From positions 3,248 to 67,247 of the forward strand of contig JAFLTH010000004.1 of assembly GCA_022510525.1 (NCBI GenBank): DNA of 64,000 nt, given 5' to 3'. Position numbers and translations under genes: made by a program. This DNA comes from Lachnospiraceae bacterium (GTDB taxonomy: Bacteria; Bacillota; Clostridia; Lachnospirales; Lachnospiraceae). Below the pieces are notes generated by a model. That model was not told where the DNA came from. It worked only from the letters and a program-made list of their open reading frames with translations, and ran no database searches. Below are positions 1 to 8,889 of the stretch, in pieces (the stretch's first letter is position 1; each line of letters begins with the position of its first letter).

Positions 1-2293
1 AATCCGTATGCTTTTCCACGATATAGTCTTTGAGAGCCGGAGTTACCGTCAGCTCAATATCCATCTGATTTTTGCACCTCTTAACAAGATTCTTTGAAAG
101 CATAGTAACTATCTGCTTCATATCATTTTTATTCAGCGGGTGGAATACCATGATTTCATCAATACGGTTGATAAATTCCGGCTTGAATATCCTCTTTACC
201 TCTTCCATGACATTGGACTTCATCTTTTCGTAGTCCTGCTTCTCACTGCCTCCGGATGAAAATCCCAAATTCTTGGGTTCCATTATCCTCTGGGCACCGG
301 CATTGGAGGTCATGATAAGGATGGTATTCTTAAAGCTGACCTTACGTCCCTTGGAATCGGTTATATGTCCGTCATCCAGCACCTGAAGCAGTATATTGAA
401 TACATCGGGATGCGCCTTCTCGATTTCGTCAAAAAGAACTACCGAATAGGGGTTTCTTCTTACTTTTTCGCTAAGCTGACCTCCCTCTTCGAAGCCCACA
501 TATCCCGGAGGCGAGCCAATCATCTTGGAAACCGAATGTCCTTCCATATATTCGGACATATCCACACGTATAAGTGAAGCCTCAGAACCAAACATTGCTT
601 CGGCTAAAGCCTTGCTAAGCTCCGTCTTACCTACACCTGTAGGTCCCAGAAACAGGAAGGAACCAATAGGTCTGTTCGGATCCTGAAGCCCTACCCTTCC
701 GCGTCTCATTGCCTTGGATACGGCAGTTACGGCTTCTTCCTGCCCAATGACACGTTTATGCAGGATGGATTCAAGTTTAAGCAGCCTTTCGCTTTCTTTT
801 TCGGCCAGCTTTTTTACGGGAATCTTAGTCCAAAGTGCCACCACTTCGGCAATCTCATTTTCCCCTACTATATATTCTTTTCTTTCGTCGTCTTTTTCCA
901 TACGTTTTAACGTACGGTCATACTTCTTAATAAGTTCGTCCTGTTTCTTCTTAAGCTCTCCCGCCTGCGTAAAAGCCTCTATCTTAATTGAGCGTTCTAT
1001 CTGCAGATCAATTTTCTGTATTTCCTCGGCAAGCTCCTTGAGCTTATCCGGCTGCTTGGACATTTTGAGCCTTACCGCAGCTGCTGCCTCGTCAATTAAA
1101 TCAATGGCTTTATCCGGCAGATTTCTGTCATTAATATATCTGGAGGAAAGCGCTACAGCTGCCTTAATAGCCTCGGGTGTAATGGTAACCCTATGGTGAT
1201 CCTCATATTTATAAGCTATTCCCTTCAATATATTTTCAGCTTCCTCCACCGTGGCTTCCTCTACCGTTACAGGCTGAAATCTCCTCTCAAGTGCGGCATC
1301 TCTTTCAACGTATTTTCGGTATTCCGCTATCGTTGTAGCGCCAATAAGCTGAATCTCGCCTCTTGCAAGCGAAGGTTTCAAAATATTTGAAGCATCTATT
1401 GCGCCTTCGGCACCTCCGGCACCGATGATTGTATGCATTTCATCAAGAAAAAGGATGATATTTCCGTCATCAATTACTTCTTTTATTACCTTTTTAATTC
1501 TTTCCTCAAACTCACCGCGGTACTTACTGCCTGCCACCATTCCGGACAAATCCAGGGTCATAACCCGCTTGTCCTGTACCGTAAAGGGCACATCTCCCAT
1601 TACGATTTTCATAGCCAGTCCCTCTACTACCGCAGTTTTTCCTACTCCGGGCTCACCGATGAGACAGGGATTATTCTTGGTCCTGCGGCTCAAAATCTGT
1701 ACCACACGCCGTATTTCATCTTCCCTGCCTATAACCGGATCAAGTCTGCCTTCCCTTGCAAGTGCAGTCAAATCACGGCTGTACTGCTCAAGGGTTGAAA
1801 CAGAGTTCTTTTTTCTGGCTGTTTTTTTACCTAAATCCTCTTTATAAAGGGATTTATCCTCTCCCATAGCCGCCAGCACTTCAACATACAGCTTCTGGAT
1901 ATGAATACCCATAGTATTCAACAGTCTGACCGCTACGTTTTCGCCCTCTTTTAAAAGTGCAAGCAGAATATGCTCGGTCCCGGTCTTATCGCTGCGAAAC
2001 CGCTCCGCCTGTCTATGAGCTTCCTCTATGACTTTCTCGGCTCTTGGCGAATAGCCCTCCCGTTCTGCCAGCATAATTGAGCTTTCCGGTGCCAGCAGTT
2101 CTTTTATCATTTCCTTAATCCGCTGTTCATCCACACCGTTTTCTATAAGAACGGTAGCTGCAACTCCTGTATTCTCCTTTAGCAAACCAAGCAGTATATG
2201 TTCTGTTCCGATATATCCCTGTTTTAAACTTCTGGCTGCACGTTCAGCCAATATAAGTGCCGTCTTCGCCTTGTCAGTAAATTGTGGCTGCAT
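1..2293 (-). CDS. clpC: ATP-dependent Clp protease ATP-binding subunit ClpC (3' end beyond window)
   Basis: Absent from the ORF track because it runs off the edge. Read by hand from ATG 2293 (GGAGG RBS upstream): MQPQFTDKAKTALILAERAARSLKQGYIGTEHILLGLL; two AAA+ modules (GEPGVGKT and FLGPTGVGKTEL), RLIGSPPGYVG. Confidence 0.93.
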   Translation of the reverse strand, partial: MQPQFTDKAKTALILAERAARSLKQGYIGTEHILLGLLKENTGVAATVLIENGVDEQRIKEMIKELLAPESSIMLAEREGYSPRAEKVIEEAHRQAERFRSDKTGTEHILLALLKEGENVAVRLLNTMGIHIQKLYVEVLAAMGEDKSLYKEDLGKKTARKKNSVSTLEQYSRDLTALAREGRLDPVIGREDEIRRVVQILSRRTKNNPCLIGEPGVGKTAVVEGLAMKIVMGDVPFTVQDKRVMTLDLSGMVAGSKYRGEFEERIKKVIKEVIDDGNIILFLDEMHTIIGAGGAEGAIDASNILKPSLARGEIQLIGATTIAEYRKYVERDAALERRFQPVTVEEATVEEAENILKGIAYKYEDHHRVTITPEAIKAAVALSSRYINDRNLPDKAIDLIDEAAAAVRLKMSKQPDKLKELAEEIQKIDLQIERSIKIEAFTQAGELKKKQDELIKKYDRTLKRMEKDDERKEYIVGENEIAEVVALWTKIPVKKLAEKESERLLKLESILHKRVIGQEEAVTAVSKAMRRGRVGLQDPNRPIGSFLFLGPTGVGKTELSKALAEAMFGSEASLIRVDMSEYMEGHSVSKMIGSPPGYVGFEEGGQLSEKVRRNPYSVVLFDEIEKAHPDVFNILLQVLDDGHITDSKGRKVSFKNTILIMTSNAGAQRIMEPKNLGFSSGGSEKQDYEKMKSNVMEEVKRIFKPEFINRIDEIMVFHPLNKNDMKQIVTMLSKNLVKRCKNQMDIELTVTPALKDYIVEKHTD

Positions 2294-2369
2294 GATCATA
2301 CTCCTCCATAATCCTTATATATTCATCTATAAGAGCATGCACTTCTTCTCCGGAAATATAAGAATTATT

Positions 2370-3638
2370 TTATTTTTTCATATTTAAAAATTCAAACTCA
2401 AATTCCTCATCATCTATCATAAAATTCTTAGCCTTTTTCTTTGGAGCAGGTTTTAACTGAGTTTCAGGCTCTTCCTCGTATGTAACTTCCTTAACAGGCA
2501 TACTCTTTTCATTTTCAATCCTTTTCTTTCTTAAGGAACCCGTCCGGTCTTCCGGTATGGTTCTTTTGACAGGTGTGTCGTTTTCGCGTTTATTACTGCG
2601 TGTTTTTTCGTATTCTTCCTGTTCCGGCTCCTCTTCACCCTCATATGCTTCATAGTAAATATCTCTTAGCTTAAAGAAGAGTATTGTCAGTGTAAATGCC
2701 ATAAGAATGATCACAACAATCATTATAACTATAACAATACGTTGCTTTTTAATTGTAGAAGAATCTACGGATTCATTGAATTCCTGGGAATCTGCCGCAG
2801 CCATTAAGTCCTCAAGTTTCTGCTTCTTATTCTCAAGATTATTATAAAGATACCATACTCCTCCATCCTCTGTTTGCTCATATACAACTTCATAATCCCT
2901 GTTAACAACTTCCGGTTCCTGTTCATTGTCAATTTCGGGATTCTCTACAGGATTCTCACCCGACTCATCAACCGCCACAAGATCCCCGAGATTCACCAGA
3001 TCACTTCGCACATAACCTGTCTTCTCCTGTCCGCCTGTTCCGGTAAAAGTGATATAGTACCATGCCTTACCGTCACTGCCGTTTGTCTGTCCGCTGACTA
3101 CAACCTGTGTATTCTGTGGAATTGTATCCACAATACCCTTGGTTGTGGAAGCACCTCCCCTGATTTTGGCCGCCGGTACCCTAATCGAAGCATACTGGGC
3201 AGGCATTTCTGTTTCTGCCGGAATTTCGGCTCCCGATGCCGTGGGTTCAGGTGCCGTTTCCTGAGCGGCAGTTGTTGTTGAAGCTGTTGTACTCTGCACT
3301 GTACTTGAAGGAACGGTTCCGGATGAGGCATCCTTTTGTACCAGGTCTGAACGAATATAACCTTTGGTATTGGCATCAACATATATTTCATACCATAATG
3401 TTCCGGAAGCATCGGTAATTTCTGCAGTAATGTTAACGGTCTTGCCCTGTGATGAACTGGCAATCACCTCACTGTTTATATCAGCCGATTCCCTGATCTT
3501 AGCTGAGGGTGCCGTAATTTTTCCCGTCGCATCCGCAAAACAGATAGTTTTATTCAGGATAAAAAATGCAACAGCACACATAAATATAAACAGTCCCCTT
3601 ATGACCTTGTAATTGCTGTACTTCAGAATTTTTTTCAT
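2370..3638 (-). CDS. Secreted/membrane-anchored protein with two SH3b-like domains
   Basis: N-terminal signal-like segment; two repeats AKIR...WY.I...GY(I/V)RSDLV; TM helix IVIVIMIVVIILMAFTLTILFF; charged C-terminal tail. Confidence 0.7.
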   Translation of the reverse strand: MKKILKYSNYKVIRGLFIFMCAVAFFILNKTICFADATGKITAPSAKIRESADINSEVIASSSQGKTVNITAEITDASGTLWYEIYVDANTKGYIRSDLVQKDASSGTVPSSTVQSTTASTTTAAQETAPEPTASGAEIPAETEMPAQYASIRVPAAKIRGGASTTKGIVDTIPQNTQVVVSGQTNGSDGKAWYYITFTGTGGQEKTGYVRSDLVNLGDLVAVDESGENPVENPEIDNEQEPEVVNRDYEVVYEQTEDGGVWYLYNNLENKKQKLEDLMAAADSQEFNESVDSSTIKKQRIVIVIMIVVIILMAFTLTILFFKLRDIYYEAYEGEEEPEQEEYEKTRSNKRENDTPVKRTIPEDRTGSLRKKRIENEKSMPVKEVTYEEEPETQLKPAPKKKAKNFMIDDEEFEFEFLNMKK

Positions 3639-3684
3639 ATGAATACCTATACCTTTCTATTCTAGTCAAAAAATCATGGATTTT

Positions 3685-4161
3685 TCAACTTTTATCACGT
3701 ATAAAACGCTTTGTACCTTCCTCTCCATCGGTACGCCCGGTGCCGAAACCGGACATCATCTTACTGTGACGCTCATGCAGCTTATTTTCCATTCTTCTGT
3801 TAAATTCTACCTCGCACTTCGAGCATACTCTTCCGGATCGTATAGCGGTTCCGCATATTTCACATTTCAAGAATACAGTTGAACCCTCTGCAATCTCTAA
3901 GCGGGATTCCCTGAGCATTGTACGGATTGTTTTCTGCTTAACTCCGGTTGCTTCGGCTGCCTCCGCTGCATTTACACCCCTGTGTTTCTCAATATAATTG
4001 CGTACCTTGCCATAGTCATCATATTCAATATTTTTGCATTTTTCACATTTATATTCCCCACAGCCCTTAAAAATCATAATACCGCCACACTTTGGACATT
4101 CCTGTGGCCTGTTATACACATCAAAACTCTCTAATATTTTTAATTTCTCCGTTCTATCCAC
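3685..4161 (-). CDS. YvyF-like (TIGR03826-type) Zn-ribbon/HTH protein
   Basis: CPKC, CEKC...KVRNYI...ATGV...RLEI...CEICG..IRSGR.C..C pattern; start GTG 4161 after GGGGG, or TTG 4176. Confidence 0.65.
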   Translation of the reverse strand: MDRTEKLKILESFDVYNRPQECPKCGGIMIFKGCGEYKCEKCKNIEYDDYGKVRNYIEKHRGVNAAEAAEATGVKQKTIRTMLRESRLEIAEGSTVFLKCEICGTAIRSGRVCSKCEVEFNRRMENKLHERHSKMMSGFGTGRTDGEEGTKRFIRDKS

Positions 4162-4193
4162 ATTACCAACCCCCAATTTGTTATATTTACATT

Positions 4194-5465
4194 TTATGCT
4201 TCGTCTATTGCCTTTCCGATATCGGAACGCATATACTTATTAGCAAAACTTATCCATTCCGTCGCCTTGTAAGCATTGGCTCTTGCCTCTTTCAAAGTGG
4301 CGCCGGTTGCAGTTACGCCCAGCACCCTTCCGCCGTTTGTAACAATCCTGCCATTATCCAGTTTAGTGCCGGCATGAAAGCAATAACACTTGTTATTATT
4401 TTCAAAAGCTTCCAATCCCCCAATTGGATAGCCTTTTTCATATGATACAGGGTAACCCTTAGAAGCCAGAACCACACAAACCGCAGCATTGTCTTCAAAC
4501 TGAAGATCAATTCTGTCTAAGGTACCGTCTATACAGGCTTCCACAACCTCAATGATATCATTTTTCATACGCGGAAGTACAACCTGTGCTTCAGGGTCCC
4601 CAAAGCGGGCATTGTACTCAAGTACCCTTGGACCATTCCCGGTAAGCATCAGTCCGAAGAAGATCACTCCCTTGAAAGGTCTTCCCTCTGCCGCCATTGC
4701 ATCGACCGTTGCCTGATATATATACTTTTTGCAGAAGTCATCCACTTCATCCGTGTAAAAAGGACTTGGTGAAAAGGTTCCCATTCCTCCGGTATTCGGG
4801 CCCTTATCTCCATCCTGCGCACGTTTGTGGTCCTGCGCCGATGACATAATTTTAATTGTCTTACCGTCAACGAAGGATAATACGGAAACTTCCCTTCCGG
4901 TCATAAACTCCTCAATCACCATGCGGCTGCCGGCATCACCAAACTTCTTATCTTCCATTATACTCTTAACACCGTCCAAAGCTTCATCCAAATTATTGCA
5001 GATAAGCACGCCCTTACCAAGCGCAAGACCGTCAGCCTTAAGAACTATAGGCATTGGGGCGGTTTTAAGATACTCCGCAGCTTTTTTCGGGTCATCAAAA
5101 GTCTCGTACGCTGCAGTCGGTATATTATATTTTTTCATAAGCTCTTTGGAAAAAGCCTTGCTTCCCTCTAAAATTGCGGCATTCTTCCTTGGACCGAATA
5201 CCTTAAGCCCCTCAGCCTCCATTACATCCACAAGACCGCCTACCAAAGGATCATCCATACCCACGATTGTCAGGTCTATAGAATTTTCTTTGGCAAATGC
5301 GGTTAATTTATCAAATTCCATAGCACCTATCGGAACGCATTCGGCAATCTGACCGATTCCCGCATTGCCGGGTGCACAGTATATTTTATCGACCTTACTG
5401 CTTTTTGCCACACTTGATGCAATCGCATGTTCACGGCCGCCGCTTCCTACTATCAATACTTTCAT
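4194..5465 (-). CDS. purD: Phosphoribosylamine--glycine ligase
   Basis: GSGGREHA, APGNAG, KADGLALGKGV, EYNARFGDPE, GGRVL. Confidence 0.98.
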   Translation of the reverse strand: MKVLIVGSGGREHAIASSVAKSSKVDKIYCAPGNAGIGQIAECVPIGAMEFDKLTAFAKENSIDLTIVGMDDPLVGGLVDVMEAEGLKVFGPRKNAAILEGSKAFSKELMKKYNIPTAAYETFDDPKKAAEYLKTAPMPIVLKADGLALGKGVLICNNLDEALDGVKSIMEDKKFGDAGSRMVIEEFMTGREVSVLSFVDGKTIKIMSSAQDHKRAQDGDKGPNTGGMGTFSPSPFYTDEVDDFCKKYIYQATVDAMAAEGRPFKGVIFFGLMLTGNGPRVLEYNARFGDPEAQVVLPRMKNDIIEVVEACIDGTLDRIDLQFEDNAAVCVVLASKGYPVSYEKGYPIGGLEAFENNNKCYCFHAGTKLDNGRIVTNGGRVLGVTATGATLKEARANAYKATEWISFANKYMRSDIGKAIDEA

Positions 5466-5483
5466 GTATATACCAAGCCTTTC

Positions 5484-6092
5484 TCAATTAATAACACTTG
5501 TAATTTTATTGTTAGCTATCATATCTATGGCCTTGGGAAGAAGTTCCCATTCCGCCTGCTCCATAACTCTCTTTTGCAGGATTTCGGGGGTATCCTCCTC
5601 TTCAACATAAACTGCCTTTTGTAAGATTATCTGTCCCGTATCGGTACCCTCATCCACAAAATGTACGGTGGCTCCCGTCACTTTCACGCCCTTTTTCAAG
5701 GCTTCCTCATGCACCTTCAGCCCGTAAAAGCCCTTACCGCAAAAAGACGGAATAAGTGAGGGGTGTATATTGATTATCCGGTTTCTGTATTCATGGATAA
5801 TCCGCTCGGGAAGTACCACCAAAAAACCGGCAAGGACGATCAGGTCCGGCTCTTTCTCATTAATTGCCTGCAACAAGGCCACGTTAAACTTTTCCCTGTC
5901 ATCATAGTCCTTGGGAGATACACAGACTGCATCAATCCCTGCGCCTTTGGCCCGTTCGAGTGCATAGGCATTACGGTTATTGCTGATAACGCGGACTATC
6001 TGTGCATTGGTTATCTTTCCGTCTGCAACCGCGTCAATTATTGCCTGCAGATTTGTCCCTCCGCCCGAGACGCACACAAGTACATTTAACAT
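5484..6092 (-). CDS. purN: Phosphoribosylglycinamide formyltransferase
   Basis: SGGGTNLQA, NIHPSLIP, GATVHFVDEGTDTG. Confidence 0.98.
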   Translation of the reverse strand: MLNVLVCVSGGGTNLQAIIDAVADGKITNAQIVRVISNNRNAYALERAKGAGIDAVCVSPKDYDDREKFNVALLQAINEKEPDLIVLAGFLVVLPERIIHEYRNRIINIHPSLIPSFCGKGFYGLKVHEEALKKGVKVTGATVHFVDEGTDTGQIILQKAVYVEEEDTPEILQKRVMEQAEWELLPKAIDMIANNKITSVIN

Positions 6093-6115
6093 TTATGCTC
6101 CTCCAATATCAGGTG

Positions 6116-7141
6116 TTATTTTAATGTAACGCCTTTCTCTCCTGCTATCGTCTGTCCTATTATATAAGGGGTCTCACCTGCTGCCTCTATTGCCTTCATA
6201 GTCTTATCCACATCCGCACCATCCACTGCAAGCACCATTCCAAGACCCATGTTATAGGTATTATACATCATCTTCTCTTCAAGATTGCCCGTCTTTTGAA
6301 GCAATATAAATATCGGCGGAATTTCGTATGAATCCTTTTTAATCTCGGCATTTATGCCATCCGGAAGCATTCTCGGAATATTCTCATAAAAACCGCCTCC
6401 TGTGATATGGCTGCAGCCTTTGACCGTAACTCCCGCATCCTTAACGGATTTAAGAGCCTTAACATATATCTTGGTCGGCTTAAGCAGAGCCTCGCCAAGT
6501 GTCGCTCCAAGCTCGTCATAATATGTATTAAGACTTTCTTTTGACATATCGAAAACTTTTCTTACAAGTGAAAAACCGTTACTGTGTACGCCTGAGGAGG
6601 CTATCCCTATCAGTGTATCACCGGGTTTGATATTCTCTCCGGTTATCAGCTCTTTCTCATCAACCACACCTACCGCAAATCCGGCAAGGTCGTATTCATC
6701 CTCCGGATAAAAACCGGGCATCTCTGCGGTTTCCCCGCCTATCAATGCCGCCCCCGACTGCTTGCAGCCATCGGCAACCCCTTTGACTATAAGGGCTATC
6801 TTCTCCGGAAAATTCTTACCGCAGGCAATATAGTCCAGGAAAAACAGCGGTTCACCGCCTGCACAGGCAATGTCATTCACGCACATAGCCACACAGTCAA
6901 TTCCTACGCTATCGTGTTTATCCAGCAAAAATGCCAGCTTGAGTTTGGTTCCCACGCCGTCTGTACCTGACACCAGTGTCGGTTTTTCCATATCTTTTAT
7001 CTTAGCAAGGGAAAAGGCACCTGAAAATCCACCCAGTCCACCCAGAACCTCCGGACGCATCGTTTCGTTTACATGCTTTTTTATCAGTTCTACCGATTTA
7101 TAACCCGCCTCAATGTTTACGCCTGCTGATTTGTAGTCCAT
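6116..7141 (-). CDS. purM: Phosphoribosylformylglycinamidine cyclo-ligase
   Basis: [32 protein letters not shown]. Confidence 0.98.
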   Translation of the reverse strand: MDYKSAGVNIEAGYKSVELIKKHVNETMRPEVLGGLGGFSGAFSLAKIKDMEKPTLVSGTDGVGTKLKLAFLLDKHDSVGIDCVAMCVNDIACAGGEPLFFLDYIACGKNFPEKIALIVKGVADGCKQSGAALIGGETAEMPGFYPEDEYDLAGFAVGVVDEKELITGENIKPGDTLIGIASSGVHSNGFSLVRKVFDMSKESLNTYYDELGATLGEALLKPTKIYVKALKSVKDAGVTVKGCSHITGGGFYENIPRMLPDGINAEIKKDSYEIPPIFILLQKTGNLEEKMMYNTYNMGLGMVLAVDGADVDKTMKAIEAAGETPYIIGQTIAGEKGVTLK

Positions 7142-7161
7142 TTTTGCCCTCCGTTAGTGGT

Positions 7162-7662
7162 TTAGTAGTTCTTATAGCCTGTTTCCTGTAATCTTGCATC
7201 TTTTTCCTGAACACTCTCTTTCAATTTAAGAGAATAGTCCTTCAAACGCTGTAACAACTCAGGGTCCGCTGTTGCTAAAATTTTGGCAGCAAGGATCCCG
7301 GCATTCTGTCCCCCGTTTATTGCAACCGTCGCAACCGGAATTCCTGAAGGCATCTGCACTATTGAATAAAGTGAGTCCACTCCGCCCAGATCAGATGTCT
7401 TCATAGGTATTCCTATGACCGGCATCGGGAATATTGCCGCACACATACCCGGTAAATGAGCAGCCTTTCCGGCTCCGGCAATTATCACCTTAAAACCTTT
7501 GCTTTCCGCACTTTTTGCATATTCAAAAAATACATCCGGCTCTCTGTGGGCCGATATTATTTTCATCTCATATGAGATTCCCAGCTCCTCCAAAATATCT
7601 GCGGCCTTCGCCATTACGGGCATATCCGAATCGCTGCCCATTACTATTCCTACCTGTGCCAT
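7162..7662 (-). CDS. purE: N5-CAIR mutase
   Basis: MGSDSD, SAHR, AGAGKAAHLPG, VQMPSGIPVATV. Confidence 0.98.
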   Translation of the reverse strand: MAQVGIVMGSDSDMPVMAKAADILEELGISYEMKIISAHREPDVFFEYAKSAESKGFKVIIAGAGKAAHLPGMCAAIFPMPVIGIPMKTSDLGGVDSLYSIVQMPSGIPVATVAINGGQNAGILAAKILATADPELLQRLKDYSLKLKESVQEKDARLQETGYKNY

Positions 7663-7802
7663 ATGTTAATCCTCCGTTCGTCATCCACAACATCTTGTGG
7701 CAAAAAGCAATCTATTCCATTTATAGTGTACTAAATTTTGTGCCAATAAGCAATATTTATTTCATTAAAAAATAATTAAAAAGAGTCAGTCCTATACAAC
7801 TA

Positions 7803-7814
7803 ATTAACGAACTT
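7803..7814. promoter_or_regulatory. Possible PurR-type Pur-box upstream of the pur operon
   Basis: ATTAACGAACTT resembles the AWWWCCGAACWWT consensus, ~140 bp upstream of purE; single imperfect copy. Confidence 0.3.
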
Positions 7815-7845
7815 AAAAAAGCATCAATCATTATGATTGATGCTT
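7815..7845 (-). terminator. Intrinsic terminator after the DUF4238-like gene
   Basis: AAGCATCAATCAT/ATGATTGATGCTT stem followed by a T6 run on the minus strand. Confidence 0.8.
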
Positions 7846-7855
7846 AATAGTTTTA

Positions 7856-8875
7856 CTAAACTGTTATATTGCATTTTTCAAGGCTTAACCTTACTTTATC
7901 TGAATTTGCAAAACCAATGAATTTTTCTGCATTCTTTACAAGTAATTCATTTAGGAACGCAACATCCTGCCTTGTTAATTGCTGTATTTTATACCTATAC
8001 TCCTTTGTACCATCTTTTAAAAATTTATTATCCGGCATTGCTATAGTATTTGCATTACCAAATCCCAGGCATTTTGACAACGAATCGGCATTGTCCGGAT
8101 AAATAATATTATAAGGTGCACCGGGCAGACATATTTTGAATGCCGGACTTACTGTTATGATTGCCATATTATTTGCCAAAGGAAAGATTGCATAATCTTG
8201 TGGAGATGACATATTCAAAAGCATATCAATATATGGGTCATATCTGACTTCGAGCATATTCAGCATAGCATTCAGCTTTTTTACACTCATAGGACCTCTG
8301 TAACCCGCCCATCCTCTGTCAGAAATAATGAAATCTTCTTTACAATTATTGGTCTTTACAAAAACATTATAAGAATAAACAATATCTTTTATAAAAGTAA
8401 ACAAATTCATATTATTTGACGCAACATCAAGCAGTTCATCCAATTCCCGGCATTCTAGGATTCTATTTATATTTTCAAAAAAGCCACCGCCAAAAAAGTC
8501 TTTTTGCGAATTATCCTCCGGGATAAAACCATCCCGCTTAAGCACTTGATACCAGGCGTTATGTACAAGATCCTCATCTTTGACTCTTAATATGGTAATA
8601 ATCAAATACTTCTTTAAAATCAAAAGTTCTTCTGCAGTCAGAGCTATTTTATAATTCTCACACAGTATTTTCCGATTCAGAATATTTGCAAATTGAACCT
8701 CAATATTATGACAGAGGTCTTTTTCCAGTTCTTCCGGATAATAACCCTTTTCTGAAAAAACTGATTTTGCTGTTCTTGACTCAGTTGTTTGTTTTTCGAT
8801 ATCATAATATAGTATCTTTTCATTTTCACAAAAGTGTCTGAGTATAAGCTGTGGAATATAATGACTGTTAACCAC
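7856..8875 (-). CDS. DUF4238-like protein (candidate anti-phage gene)
   Basis: N-terminal HYIPQLILRHF motif, F.EKGYY...E..L..IE, later FIISD and FPL motifs; GGAGGT RBS; visibly more AT-rich than neighbours. Confidence 0.7.
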   Translation of the reverse strand: MVNSHYIPQLILRHFCENEKILYYDIEKQTTESRTAKSVFSEKGYYPEELEKDLCHNIEVQFANILNRKILCENYKIALTAEELLILKKYLIITILRVKDEDLVHNAWYQVLKRDGFIPEDNSQKDFFGGGFFENINRILECRELDELLDVASNNMNLFTFIKDIVYSYNVFVKTNNCKEDFIISDRGWAGYRGPMSVKKLNAMLNMLEVRYDPYIDMLLNMSSPQDYAIFPLANNMAIITVSPAFKICLPGAPYNIIYPDNADSLSKCLGFGNANTIAMPDNKFLKDGTKEYRYKIQQLTRQDVAFLNELLVKNAEKFIGFANSDKVRLSLEKCNITV

Positions 8876-8889
8876 TAAAGGTACCTCCG

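Noticed and set aside
365-1847. Several plus-strand ORFs in the track
   Set aside because: Antisense shadows of clpC
7663-7815. Purine or ZTP riboswitch upstream of purE
   Set aside because: No recognisable aptamer core; the region is short and AT-rich
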